Assembly: GCA_002309765.1 (NCBI GenBank)
Contig: DBXY01000064.1
Span: 67,528 to 131,527, forward strand
Reading direction: 5' to 3'
Origin: Verrucomicrobia bacterium UBA1200
GTDB lineage: Bacteria > Verrucomicrobiota > Kiritimatiellia > RFP12 > UBA1067
DNA length: 64,000 nucleotides
Of the stretch, positions 1 through 8,752 are shown in pieces (position 1 is the first letter of the stretch; every line of letters starts with the position of its first letter). The position numbers and the translations under genes are program-made. The notes below the pieces were generated by a model. The model was given only the letters and a program-made list of their open reading frames with translations. It did no database searches and was not told the DNA's origin.

Positions 1-1835
1 TCGCCAACGACCGCATCTCTAACCGCATTCATCATCCTGCGCGCCAAACCTGGTTTGTCCGAAACCGGTTTTGGCAACGGGTTTTTCTCATAATCCCGCT
101 CCCACCAAGCCAGATGCGCCTTCCAGTGCTCTTCAAGCTGTTTAAGATGCCGCGCCAGCTTGTCTGCGTCTGTGGTACCGCGCTGTTTCATCGCCGCGCG
201 CCATTGCTCGCGCAGTTCGGGCTGGCTGGCCGGGGGCTCGATTTTGTGGCGCAGCCACTGGTCTAGCGTTTCCAGCACCAACAGCGAAGTAACCGGACTG
301 ACCACGCCGTATTCGCGGCCCAGAGCGAGCAAGTCATCGGCGAAATCTTCAGCGTGCGGGGCAAGCTGACTGACCCGCGCCGATGCCCAGGCCGTGGCCA
401 ACACCCGGCCATCGCGCGCGTCGGCGCTTTTAAGCGTCACCTTGTTTTTCACCCCCAAATGGAAGTCGATTTCGGTTTCCGCGGCGGTAAGCCGTCCCAG
501 CACCGACACCCGGCCTTGCGCCAACTGACCCAAACCCTGCACATCCGCAATGCCTTTGCCGGCCACATTGTCCAGCCGCACTGGCATACAGAAAGCGGTA
601 TTCACCGCATCCGGAACCGCCGTGGTCTGCAAATCGATCACCGCGCCGAAACAGGCTTGGCGCAATCCCTCGCGGTCGCCCACCGGCGAAGAAATCACCG
701 CCGTGATTTTCTTACCGTTGAAGTCCGGGGTTTCGCCGGACATGGTGTCCAGCCCGTCGGTGAACATCAGCCGATACTCCGTCTGCTCCGGTAACGCCTT
801 GAGCAGCGTATCGAAATCGGTCGCTCCGTCGTACACCACGGATTTAAGCGCTTCGACGAGTTTTTCGGCGGAATCGAACTCCCGAACCGCCTCGGGCTGG
901 TCACGGAAAACCGTCAACCGGAATTTCGAAATTTCCTTCGGCAGCGCCGCGACGAACGCCAGATCCAACGCCAAGGACTCTCCGTTGCGGCTGCCCGAAG
1001 CGTCCCAAAGCACGTCCAGCGCTTTCGGCACTTGCGGTGCACGTTTTACCGTCGGGGCGATTGTCCAGGCGTTGAACCACACTGTTCCGTCGGAATCCTT
1101 TTCCAGCAAAGCGAAATCATCCGGCAATTTCGGCATCGCCACCATCACGTCATCGCCAGGGGTGACATCGCCGTCGGTGGAAGCCACCCGCCAGAAACTC
1201 TCCGCCTTGGAAAACCGAGTATCTCCCAGTCCTCCGATTTGCGGCGGCTGGCCGTTAAGATCCGCCACCTCCACCTTCACCTCGCGTTTGCCGATTTTTT
1301 CACGCGGCATCGGCAGCCACAGTGCGGCATCGCCGTTAGGCGCCGTGGCGAGCGGGGTGGTGTAAACCAGCTTAATCGAGCGGGTGCCGCCGGCGGGCAG
1401 CGGATAAATCCGGGTACGGTAAACGTTGCCTTTAACGTGCTCCACCAGTCCCGGATCGACATTGCGGCGGGTTTCGGTCTCGAACGCCACACGGGCCTGC
1501 TCTTTCGGCACCACCACGCCATCCACCAACACGCCGTTTATGTCCAGCGCGTAACCGCAGACCGTGGCGCGGTCGGGCAACGGGAACTCCAGTTCACCCT
1601 CCAACTGGCTGCCTTTGTTGGGGTTCATGAACACCATTTCGGTTTCCACCGTGGCGTAAAGTCCGCGCACTGCCGCGTTAATCTTCAATTCCTGCAACTG
1701 CATAGGCTCGGTAGCGCCCTGCTGCACCACCAGCCGTGGCGGCAACGGGCGGGGAAAGGGTATCACGGCATTCTGCGCCATCGAGATTTCACTCACGGGC
1801 AATAAAACAGATATAAGTGTGGCAAGTTTTTTCAT
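1..1835 (-). CDS. Secreted VIT + von Willebrand A-like domain protein (C-terminal part lies beyond the left edge)
   Basis: Absent from the ORF track because it has no stop in the window. Hand translation of the minus strand starts at ATG 1835-1833, preceded by GGGAGA. It reads MKKLATLISVLLPVSEISMAQNAV (signal peptide), then a VIT-like block ELKINAAVRGLYATVETEMVFMNPN...GNVYRTRIYPLPAGGTRSIKLVY. A DxSxS MIDAS-like motif (LWDASGSRNG) follows. The frame stays open to position 1. Confidence 0.6.
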   Translation of the reverse strand, partial: MKKLATLISVLLPVSEISMAQNAVIPFPRPLPPRLVVQQGATEPMQLQELKINAAVRGLYATVETEMVFMNPNKGSQLEGELEFPLPDRATVCGYALDINGVLVDGVVVPKEQARVAFETETRRNVDPGLVEHVKGNVYRTRIYPLPAGGTRSIKLVYTTPLATAPNGDAALWLPMPREKIGKREVKVEVADLNGQPPQIGGLGDTRFSKAESFWRVASTDGDVTPGDDVMVAMPKLPDDFALLEKDSDGTVWFNAWTIAPTVKRAPQVPKALDVLWDASGSRNGESLALDLAFVAALPKEISKFRLTVFRDQPEAVREFDSAEKLVEALKSVVYDGATDFDTLLKALPEQTEYRLMFTDGLDTMSGETPDFNGKKITAVISSPVGDREGLRQACFGAVIDLQTTAVPDAVNTAFCMPVRLDNVAGKGIADVQGLGQLAQGRVSVLGRLTAAETEIDFHLGVKNKVTLKSADARDGRVLATAWASARVSQLAPHAEDFADDLLALGREYGVVSPVTSLLVLETLDQWLRHKIEPPASQPELREQWRAAMKQRGTTDADKLARHLKQLEEHWKAHLAWWERDYEKNPLPKPVSDKPGLARRMMNAVRDAVVG

Positions 1836-1915
1836 GTTAACATCTCCCAACGTGATTTAAAAAACGGGTGTTAATTAAATACACTTTTAACGAAAAGTCA
1901 AGCCCAAAGCCTATA

Positions 1916-3262
1916 TTAACCGTGAAAATTGGCGGATACGGTTTTCCGGAGACTGCGGTACAGCAGTATGCGCCAGCGAAAATTCAACCGGGACGCCAAA
2001 GACGGCCGGGAACGGCGAATTTTCTTCTGCAGCTTTCGGAGCAGGTAACCATTGATCGCCAAATTCCACTCATGCGCAGAATAACCGGAATTTCGGACCA
2101 GTTCGGCAAAAGCGCGGTTCAATTTGCGGAAGCGGGCGAATTCGTGCCACTTGAAATGCTCGGCGCTACTGATGGCGTAGCGGACCAGATCCTCGGCGGG
2201 ATAACCGAAACGCAGCTCCTCGATGTCGATAAAGCCCGCCACTTCGCCGTCGCGGAAATGGAGGTTGCCAAAATTCAAGTCGCCGTGGATAACCTGGACC
2301 CGGGCGGGATCGCGCACCAGATCCTCCTGCCCCATCGCCGCCAGCTCCTGCGCGATTTCAGGCGCGGCGCGGATGTCCAAACGCTCAAGCAACCTTAAGC
2401 GGACAGACGACAAATCCCGTTCCGGCTGGATTTCCCCGTCATCAGACATTGCCGACAGAAATTCGGCGTATGAACGGAGCAGGGACAAGATTTCGCCGGA
2501 GGACAGCCGATCCAGCGTTTTTCGCTCGCCATCGATCCACTTAAGCGCGAATACGGTGTAATCGCCAAAGGCGGCACTCCGGTTGCCGAACAGCATGGTC
2601 GGCGCGTTGGGGTAACGGATCGATTTCGCATGGGCGATAATCCGCCGCAAAGTAAGGTCGTTGGCGCCTTTGATACACTTAACCGCGAAAGGCTGGCCGG
2701 AAAAATCCCGGGCAAAAAAGTTGAGCGAATGGGAATTGCCGGGCAGACGGGAGAGTTTGCGCAGCCGGACGCCAAATTCCGACTCAAGGAAAGACTTCAA
2801 CCGCGCCGTCGAAAACTGCTGGAGCATCGGCCAATTCTTGCGAGTGAAGAGTTCCACGGCGACCCAGACCGTCCAAACGGCGAAAACCAGATACGCCGGA
2901 AGTTCCAGACCCTTAACCGCCGCAAATATGAACAATGGCAGAACCCGAAGCCCGATTCCCAGCAACAGCAACGGCCAGGCTTTGGAACAGCGAATCGCCT
3001 CTAACCCGGAACGGAAGGTTTCGCGTTCCCACATCAGCGCCGTGAAAACGCCGACGACAACGACCAACAGAAGCAGACTCACCCCCCGGTCGGAAAAAGT
3101 TCCGGCGACCGCGCCAGTCTCAACGGAAGCCAACACCGCGAAAAGCCAAGCGATGAACGACAGTCCGCCGCGAAACTCCTTTTTGCGCCACGCGCACACC
3201 GCCAGCGCCAGCGAAATCAGCAAAGCGGCGACCGGCGGCACCCATTCAATGCACGGGTTCAT
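1916..3262 (-). CDS. Membrane-anchored phosphotransferase of the APH/choline-kinase (protein-kinase-like) fold
   Basis: 448-aa ORF. The N-terminal ~150 aa are hydrophobic with several predicted TM helices. The C-terminal part carries the catalytic-loop motif HGDLNFGN and the metal-binding motif IDIEE typical of this fold. It lies 9 bp downstream of lpxA on the same strand. Confidence 0.6.
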   Translation of the reverse strand: MNPCIEWVPPVAALLISLALAVCAWRKKEFRGGLSFIAWLFAVLASVETGAVAGTFSDRGVSLLLLVVVVGVFTALMWERETFRSGLEAIRCSKAWPLLLLGIGLRVLPLFIFAAVKGLELPAYLVFAVWTVWVAVELFTRKNWPMLQQFSTARLKSFLESEFGVRLRKLSRLPGNSHSLNFFARDFSGQPFAVKCIKGANDLTLRRIIAHAKSIRYPNAPTMLFGNRSAAFGDYTVFALKWIDGERKTLDRLSSGEILSLLRSYAEFLSAMSDDGEIQPERDLSSVRLRLLERLDIRAAPEIAQELAAMGQEDLVRDPARVQVIHGDLNFGNLHFRDGEVAGFIDIEELRFGYPAEDLVRYAISSAEHFKWHEFARFRKLNRAFAELVRNSGYSAHEWNLAINGYLLRKLQKKIRRSRPSLASRLNFRWRILLYRSLRKTVSANFHG

Positions 3263-3271
3263 TTCCGACGG

Positions 3272-4054
3272 TTAGTGGACGCCGCGGCTGCTGGTGCGAT
3301 AAAATTCCACCAGATGCTTGATTTCCGGCAGATCAGGCACTTCGTAAGTAATGCGCTCAATGGCCTGCGAACGGTTAAGCCCCTCGCGGTAAAGCAGACG
3401 GAAAGCATCTTTGAGCGCCCGGACCGTATCCAACGTGAAACCGCGCCGCTGCAAGCCGACAATGTTCGGCCCGCGAACGCGGATACCCTCGCCCTCGCTG
3501 CCTTCGGTAATCATATAGGGCGGGCAATCCTGGCGAATCGCGGACATACCACCCACCATCGCGTGCTGACCGATACGGCAAAACTGGTGTACTCCGGCCA
3601 TACCGCCGATAATCGCGTGGTCGGCCACCTTGACCTCGCCGGCCAAAGAAGCGACGTTCGACATAATCACATGGTTCCCGACTTCGCAACCGTGGGCAAT
3701 GTGGCAATAGGCCATAATCAGACAATTCGACCCCACGCGGGTAACCTCGCCCGCCTTGGTGCCGAGATGCAGAGTAGAAAACTCGCGCAACACGGTATCG
3801 TTGCCCACCTCAACGTAGGTAATGTCACCCTCGTGATACTTGAGATCCTGGGTTTTCATGCCCACGCAGGCAAAGGGGAAAATCTGGCAACGCTCGCCGA
3901 TCGTGGTGTGGCCGCTAATATAGGCATGGGCCTGCACCACGGTTCCGGCGCCAATCTTAACGTCCGGACCGATAATCGCGTAAGGACCGACCTCGACCGT
4001 CGCGTCCAATTCGGCCTTGGAATCAACAATTGCGGTGGGATGGATGTTTGCCAT
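3272..4054 (-). CDS. lpxA: Acyl-ACP--UDP-N-acetylglucosamine O-acyltransferase
   Basis: 260 aa. MANIHPTAIVDSKAELDATVEVGPYAIIGPDVKIGAGTVV shows left-handed beta-helix hexapeptide repeats. The C-terminal helical domain (GLNRSQAIERI) and the length are typical of LpxA. Confidence 0.9.
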   Translation of the reverse strand: MANIHPTAIVDSKAELDATVEVGPYAIIGPDVKIGAGTVVQAHAYISGHTTIGERCQIFPFACVGMKTQDLKYHEGDITYVEVGNDTVLREFSTLHLGTKAGEVTRVGSNCLIMAYCHIAHGCEVGNHVIMSNVASLAGEVKVADHAIIGGMAGVHQFCRIGQHAMVGGMSAIRQDCPPYMITEGSEGEGIRVRGPNIVGLQRRGFTLDTVRALKDAFRLLYREGLNRSQAIERITYEVPDLPEIKHLVEFYRTSSRGVH

Positions 4055-4069
4055 TTGATGGTTCCTTTC

Positions 4070-5161
4070 TTAAAGGTTCTTGGGAATCAGATAGGCGGAC
4101 AGCGCCAGACAAACGGCGACCGGCAGCCAAATCAAAAGGTAAGGATGGAAAGCGTCATGCTTGTCCATCGATTTAACCAGTATCACGCAGACATAGTAAC
4201 TCAGCGCTACCGCCAAGCTCACCGCCATGCCGACGGTGGATTCTTTGCGCTGGGTACGGATGCCGAGCGGGACCCCGACCAGCACGAAACAAATTGACGC
4301 CAACGCGTAAACAAAGCGCAAATGGTATTCGGTGCGGAAAATGCTCAGGTTTTTGCGGACCGCCTTCTTGGGCAGATTGGCGGCGTTGCGACGGATTTCT
4401 CCTATCCGGTCCCGCAACTCGAAAAAGCGCAAATCCTTCTCCTTGCGCTTAAACTCGCGGCGTTTCATGGCCTGCGGCACGGTTTGGCGGAACCGGTCCG
4501 CCTGAGCCACGCCGGGGCGGCCAATCTCCACCGGATCGACCCGGACTTTGTACATATCCAGCACCAGATCGGTCTCATTGGTGGTGATCAACGCCTTTTC
4601 GGCGCGAATCTCGCGGGTCCCGTTGGTGTCGGAACCGTCAAAAATCAGCAGGTCGTAAACCCAGTTGCCTTCGCGGCGCTGGAAAAAAAGCCTATAGTCT
4701 TCGAAATCGTCGATAATCCGTCCCGGCTCCAGCAGGGTCAACCCGGCATCCACGCTGATTTCCGATTTCAGATTCCGGCTCACCTCGTGGGAACGGGGGA
4801 CGATTTCGTGGTTGACGTAAAAGCCGAGCAGGGTCATCGCCACCGCGAAGACCGCCGGCCACTTGATTATCGAAAGCAGGTTGACCCCGCAAGCCCGCAT
4901 GGCGGCAATCTCGCTGTCGGCGGAGAGCCGGCTGAACACCAGCAGCGAACTGACCAGCAGCGCGATGGGAATCGTCAAGGTAAGCGTACCGGGGAAGCCC
5001 ACCAACATAAAAAGCCCCACCGCGTGGGCGGGGAGCCCCTGGATAATCAGCTGGATAATCCGAACCAGCAGACCCACCGTCAGCACAAACGAGAGAATAA
5101 GCCAAGCCAAGCCAAATGCGGCCAAGAAAGAGCTTAAGACATATCGCTCGAGGATTTTCAT
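4070..5161 (-). CDS. LptF/LptG-family LPS export permease (YjgP/YjgQ)
   Basis: 363 aa. The N-terminus MKILERYVLSSFLAAFGLAWLIL, six hydrophobic segments and a central periplasmic domain fit the family pattern. It lies directly upstream of lpxA. Confidence 0.8.
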   Translation of the reverse strand: MKILERYVLSSFLAAFGLAWLILSFVLTVGLLVRIIQLIIQGLPAHAVGLFMLVGFPGTLTLTIPIALLVSSLLVFSRLSADSEIAAMRACGVNLLSIIKWPAVFAVAMTLLGFYVNHEIVPRSHEVSRNLKSEISVDAGLTLLEPGRIIDDFEDYRLFFQRREGNWVYDLLIFDGSDTNGTREIRAEKALITTNETDLVLDMYKVRVDPVEIGRPGVAQADRFRQTVPQAMKRREFKRKEKDLRFFELRDRIGEIRRNAANLPKKAVRKNLSIFRTEYHLRFVYALASICFVLVGVPLGIRTQRKESTVGMAVSLAVALSYYVCVILVKSMDKHDAFHPYLLIWLPVAVCLALSAYLIPKNL

Positions 5162-5185
5162 CTGGGGTGCGGACCCGGTCGGTTC

Positions 5186-5216
5186 AATAAAAAAATTGGG
5201 GCGGAACGCCCCAATT
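5186..5216 (-). terminator. Rho-independent terminator downstream of the ompA-like gene
   Basis: Perfect 10-bp stem AATTGGGGCG / CGCCCCAATT (5194-5203 and 5207-5216) with a 3-nt loop. On the minus strand it is followed by a T-run (A-run 5188-5195 on plus). Confidence 0.6.
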
Positions 5217-5256
5217 CAAATTCTAATTCACGGAACGACTCGAATTAGAGCAGAAT

Positions 5257-5286
5257 GGTTTGCGGCCGGAAAGCCGGCCGCAAACC
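5257..5286 (-). terminator. GC-rich 13-bp hairpin just after the ompA-like stop codon (no U-tract)
   Basis: GGTTTGCGGCCGG-AAAG-CCGGCCGCAAACC forms a perfect 13-bp stem, 20 bp downstream of the stop at 5306. No T-run follows, so it may be an mRNA stabiliser or the first half of a tandem terminator. Confidence 0.35.
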
Positions 5287-5305
5287 CGTTCGTCAACCAA
5301 AAGGA

Positions 5306-6652
5306 CTAGTTGGCGTATTTGCCCTTGTCGGCGTTGGTGCCGGCGCCCTTGATGTAAATCTCGACGCGGCGGTTTTCAGGATTGCCGTTGATCAGATCCG
5401 GCTGGACTTTCGGCTTGTTGAAGCCGTAGCCGATCGCCGTCATCTTGTTATTGGCGGCACCGTGGAGCGACAGGTAGTTCATGACTGCCTTGGCGCGCTT
5501 CTCGGAGAGATCCTGGTTGTACTTGGCCCCGGAGCCTTTCCGGCGGTCAGCGTGACCTTCGATCAGGGCGGTGGCGCCAGGATTGCGGTTCAAAGCGCGG
5601 GCCACCATGTCCAACTCCTTGAAGTACTGCGGCTGGATAACGGTGCTGTCGTAGGTGAAGTTGATGTTGATCTCGAACAGCATCAGGTCATCGGAACCGT
5701 CCAGCGGGTTGGTGCCGTCAACCTTGACTTCGTGACCGTCCGAAACTCCGCCCTTGTCGGTGTCGCGGTCGAGCGGGTTGGTCTTGTAGGTCTTAACCTC
5801 TTCGCCATCCGTCAAACCGTCGAAATCGGTGTCGGCATTGAGCGGGTCGGTCTTATAGGTCTTGACCTCTTCGCCGTCCGTCAGGCCATCGCCGTCGGTA
5901 TCAGGATTGCGCGGGTTGGTGCCAAGCCGAGCCTCTTCGGCATCGGTCAGGCCGTCACCGTCGGAATCCAACTCGGTCGTGGTCTGGACCACCGGGATAA
6001 TCTCGGCCGGACCGTCGCTGGCGGAGGAAGAAGAATTGCCGCTGCCGCCGAAACGGTAAACCACGCCGGCATCGGCGGTGTAAATCATTTCGCAGGTCTG
6101 ATCCCAAGCCATGTGGGTGCGGAAGTCGGCGCGCAACGACCAATCGTCGTTCAGGTGGTACATGGCGCCAACGCCCAACCGGGGACCGAACGCGTCATTC
6201 TCGGAACCTTCGCACAGCACGTCGCGATGGGCGCGATAGTAGCCCAAACCGGCGGCAATGTACGGATCGAAACGCTCGAAGCGGTCGAAATGGAAGAGAC
6301 CGTCAATAAAGACGCCGCGCACATTCTGCCCGCCATAGTCCCAGCAAGCGTCGTCATCGCTGCCGCCGCAAGAAGAGCATCCGCCGCCATTGCCATCGGC
6401 GTTGCCGTGGCGGTTGCCGGTGATGTTCGGGGCGCTGGAAACGCCGCCTTCAATCGAAAAATGCTCCGTTGCGTCCCAACCGAGCCGGAGCACCAGGTTC
6501 AGGCCCTCGTCAACGCACTGGTTGCCTTCAAAAAACATCATGCCCACGCCGGGGCTGACGTACCACCGCGGGGAGTCGGTAAGCTCGCCCTCGGCGAAAG
6601 CCGTAGCAAAACCCGCTACGCAAAGCGCTGCCGCAAAAATAATCCGCTTCAT
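5306..6652 (-). CDS. OmpA-family outer-membrane protein with thrombospondin type-3 (calcium-binding) repeats
   Basis: 448 aa. Signal peptide [20 protein letters not shown] and an N-terminal beta-barrel-like region. Repeated [12 protein letters not shown] / [12 protein letters not shown] / [12 protein letters not shown] motifs. C-terminal OmpA-like domain ([27 protein letters not shown]). Confidence 0.85.
   Translation of the reverse strand: MKRIIFAAALCVAGFATAFAEGELTDSPRWYVSPGVGMMFFEGNQCVDEGLNLVLRLGWDATEHFSIEGGVSSAPNITGNRHGNADGNGGGCSSCGGSDDDACWDYGGQNVRGVFIDGLFHFDRFERFDPYIAAGLGYYRAHRDVLCEGSENDAFGPRLGVGAMYHLNDDWSLRADFRTHMAWDQTCEMIYTADAGVVYRFGGSGNSSSSASDGPAEIIPVVQTTTELDSDGDGLTDAEEARLGTNPRNPDTDGDGLTDGEEVKTYKTDPLNADTDFDGLTDGEEVKTYKTNPLDRDTDKGGVSDGHEVKVDGTNPLDGSDDLMLFEININFTYDSTVIQPQYFKELDMVARALNRNPGATALIEGHADRRKGSGAKYNQDLSEKRAKAVMNYLSLHGAANNKMTAIGYGFNKPKVQPDLINGNPENRRVEIYIKGAGTNADKGKYAN
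5771..5908. repeat. Tandem 69-bp duplication inside the ompA-like gene (two TSP3 units)
   Basis: 5771-5839 and 5840-5908 align without gaps at high identity. Each copy encodes a 23-aa unit of the form [12 protein letters not shown](D/N)PL..DTD.DG. Confidence 0.8.
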
Positions 6653-6844
6653 CTCATTTACCTCTTTTCCTTAACAACTTCGGAACAAAAACCGATTTCT
6701 TTCGAAAAGAAAACAGCGCTAGTGTAACCCAAAACTTCCGAAAACGCAACCCCAAAAATGAAATATTACAAAAAATTTATTTTTCGTAAGGTTTTGGGCG
6801 GTCAACCACCCTCCTTTTTCTAAAGAAACGCTTGCCGCCAAAAG

Positions 6845-6874
6845 TTGACATTCCTCCGCCGGAAATGATAACAT
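6845..6874 (+). promoter_or_regulatory. Candidate sigma-70 promoter for the EamA transporter gene
   Basis: TTGACA at 6845-6850, an 18-nt spacer, then extended -10 TGaTAACAT (6866-6874). Confidence 0.35.
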
Positions 6875-6944
6875 ACCGGCGTTATGAGAGAGCATTAGGG
6901 GGGAAACAACGAAAAGGGGAATAGTTTGCATTTGCCTCAGCGCG

Positions 6945-7778
6945 TTGGGGTTTTCGCTGATGGCTATGTTCGTGCGGATGGCGGATAATTGCGGCGAGCC
7001 GCTTCCCGCCATACAAAAGGCGTTTTTCCGCAATTTGGTCGCCTGCGCCATTGCCTGTTCCGTTCTTTTCCGCAAACAAGGCGGCGGAACCGAACTCAAC
7101 TTCGGGCTGCAACCTCGGCAATGGATGGATTTGGTTCTGCGCTCGTCTTTCGGCACAGCCGGGATTTTCGCCAACTTCTACGCCATTTCCCATATCCCGA
7201 TTGCGGACGCGATCGCGCTCAACAAAACCGCGCCGTTCTTCACTCTGGTGTTCAGCTGGCTGCTGGTCGGCGAACGGATGGGATTACGGCAGACCTTGTG
7301 CGTGCTGGGGGCTTTTGCCGGGGCGTTGTTCGTTATCAAACCCGGACTGTCGGGAAGTCTTACCCTGCCGTCGGCGGTGGGTCTGCTCAGCGGGTTCTGC
7401 GCCGGGGCGGCGTACGCTTTCCTGCACCGGTTGGGAAAGGCGGGGGTCAACGGGGCTTTCATCATCCTGTTCTTCTCGGCGTTTTCCTGTGTCGCCTGCG
7501 TCCCGTTCATCGCGGCCGATTACCATGCCATGAACCCGACGCAGCTGCTCGCTTTGGCTGGGGCCGGAGCCTGCGCGGCAATCGGGCAGTTCGGCATTAC
7601 CTGGGCGTACCGGTTGGCGGAACCCCGGCAGGTGGCGGTGTTCGATTATTCCGGCATTATCTTTTCGGCTATTCTCGGATTCGCGGCGTTCGGCCAAATC
7701 CCCGACGGGTGGAGTTTCCTCGGCTTTGCCGTAATCATCGCGATGGCGGCGGTGCTGAACCGGCGCAAACCGGAATGA
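6945..7778 (+). CDS. DMT-superfamily (EamA-like) transporter
   Basis: 277 aa with about 10 hydrophobic helices and two EamA-like halves. The frame opens after the TGA at 6885. The first usable start is TTG 6945, with ATG 6960 as an alternative. Confidence 0.75.
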   Translation: MGFSLMAMFVRMADNCGEPLPAIQKAFFRNLVACAIACSVLFRKQGGGTELNFGLQPRQWMDLVLRSSFGTAGIFANFYAISHIPIADAIALNKTAPFFTLVFSWLLVGERMGLRQTLCVLGAFAGALFVIKPGLSGSLTLPSAVGLLSGFCAGAAYAFLHRLGKAGVNGAFIILFFSAFSCVACVPFIAADYHAMNPTQLLALAGAGACAAIGQFGITWAYRLAEPRQVAVFDYSGIIFSAILGFAAFGQIPDGWSFLGFAVIIAMAAVLNRRKPE

Positions 7779-7802
7779 ATACGCCGCATGTCGCTTTGAA
7801 TT

Positions 7803-7832
7803 TTGACAAATTCCGAACGGATTTTGTATAAT
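7803..7832 (+). promoter_or_regulatory. Sigma-70 promoter for the HAD hydrolase gene
   Basis: Consensus TTGACA (7803-7808), 18-nt spacer, consensus TATAAT (7827-7832). GGAGGG at 7845-7850 follows, ahead of ATG 7861. Confidence 0.6.
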
Positions 7833-7860
7833 GCCTGCGTTTTTGGAGGGACAGACGTTT

Positions 7861-8745
7861 ATGAGGATTTTAGGGTTTTTAATGGCGATGGCGGCTTGTT
7901 TTACAACTGCGCTCGGGGCGGAAAATCATGCCGAAAAGGTGGTGGCTGAAATACTGGGCAACGTGGCGAAACTCAAGGCGGCTCGCCCAGATGCGGTGCC
8001 GATGGCGTTCTGGGATTTCGACGGCACGATTATCGAAGGAGACGTGTCCGAAGGATGCTACGAAAACGGACGGTCCGGACGGCAGATTTTCCGGGGACTG
8101 GTGGAGGAAACCATTTTGGCGGGATTATCGCCGGTGTATCGCGGCGAGGCGGGATGGCGGCAGTATCACGACATCGACTATCCCCGGATGAACGAAATCG
8201 GCCGTTGGCTGGCGTGGCCTTACAATGCCCAAATTTACGAAGGGGTGCGGGCCGCGGAACTGGACGCATTCTGCGCGAAGAAGTTTGACGAAGTCTATTC
8301 CAAACACTATTTCGCTTCGTCGGTAAAAATGCTGCGGGAGCTGGAACGGGCCGGGGTTGAAAACTACGTGGTGAGCGCCAGCCCTGAAATCTATGTGCGG
8401 AACGCCGCAAAAACGCTCGGGCTGCCGGTTGAGCGTTTCCGCGCCATCCGAGTGGCGGTGGAGGGGGGACGGATGACCACCAAGGTAATACATCCGGTAC
8501 CCTATGGCGAAGGCAAGGTGGAAAATATGCGCGAGCTTACACTGTCGCGTCCGGGAGGCGTGGCGGTGGCGGGTTTCGGCAACAGCTACTCCACCGACGG
8601 TCCGTTCCTAAAGTATATCGTCAACCAATCTCTGCCCGGCGGGGCAAAAGGGTTCGCCCTAATGATTAACGGCGGCAAGGAAAAACCCGGTTTCGAGGGG
8701 CTGTTCCGACTGGAAACCCAATCGGAATTGGCAGTACCGCGGTAA
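7861..8745 (+). CDS. Secreted HAD-IB (phosphoserine-phosphatase-like) hydrolase
   Basis: HAD motif I is FWDFDGTIIEGD and a late GNSYSTDGPFL motif is present. Signal peptide MRILGFLMAMAACFTTALGA. The track start at 7831 lies inside the -10 box, so ATG 7861 with its SD is preferred. Confidence 0.7.
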   Translation: MRILGFLMAMAACFTTALGAENHAEKVVAEILGNVAKLKAARPDAVPMAFWDFDGTIIEGDVSEGCYENGRSGRQIFRGLVEETILAGLSPVYRGEAGWRQYHDIDYPRMNEIGRWLAWPYNAQIYEGVRAAELDAFCAKKFDEVYSKHYFASSVKMLRELERAGVENYVVSASPEIYVRNAAKTLGLPVERFRAIRVAVEGGRMTTKVIHPVPYGEGKVENMRELTLSRPGGVAVAGFGNSYSTDGPFLKYIVNQSLPGGAKGFALMINGGKEKPGFEGLFRLETQSELAVPR

Positions 8746-8752
8746 GGCGGCC

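Noticed and set aside
3275-6727. Long plus-strand ORFs (3275..4297, 4322..5137, 5255..6727) opposite lpxA, lptF/G and ompA
   Set aside because: Same antisense artefact. The minus-strand genes carry diagnostic motifs.
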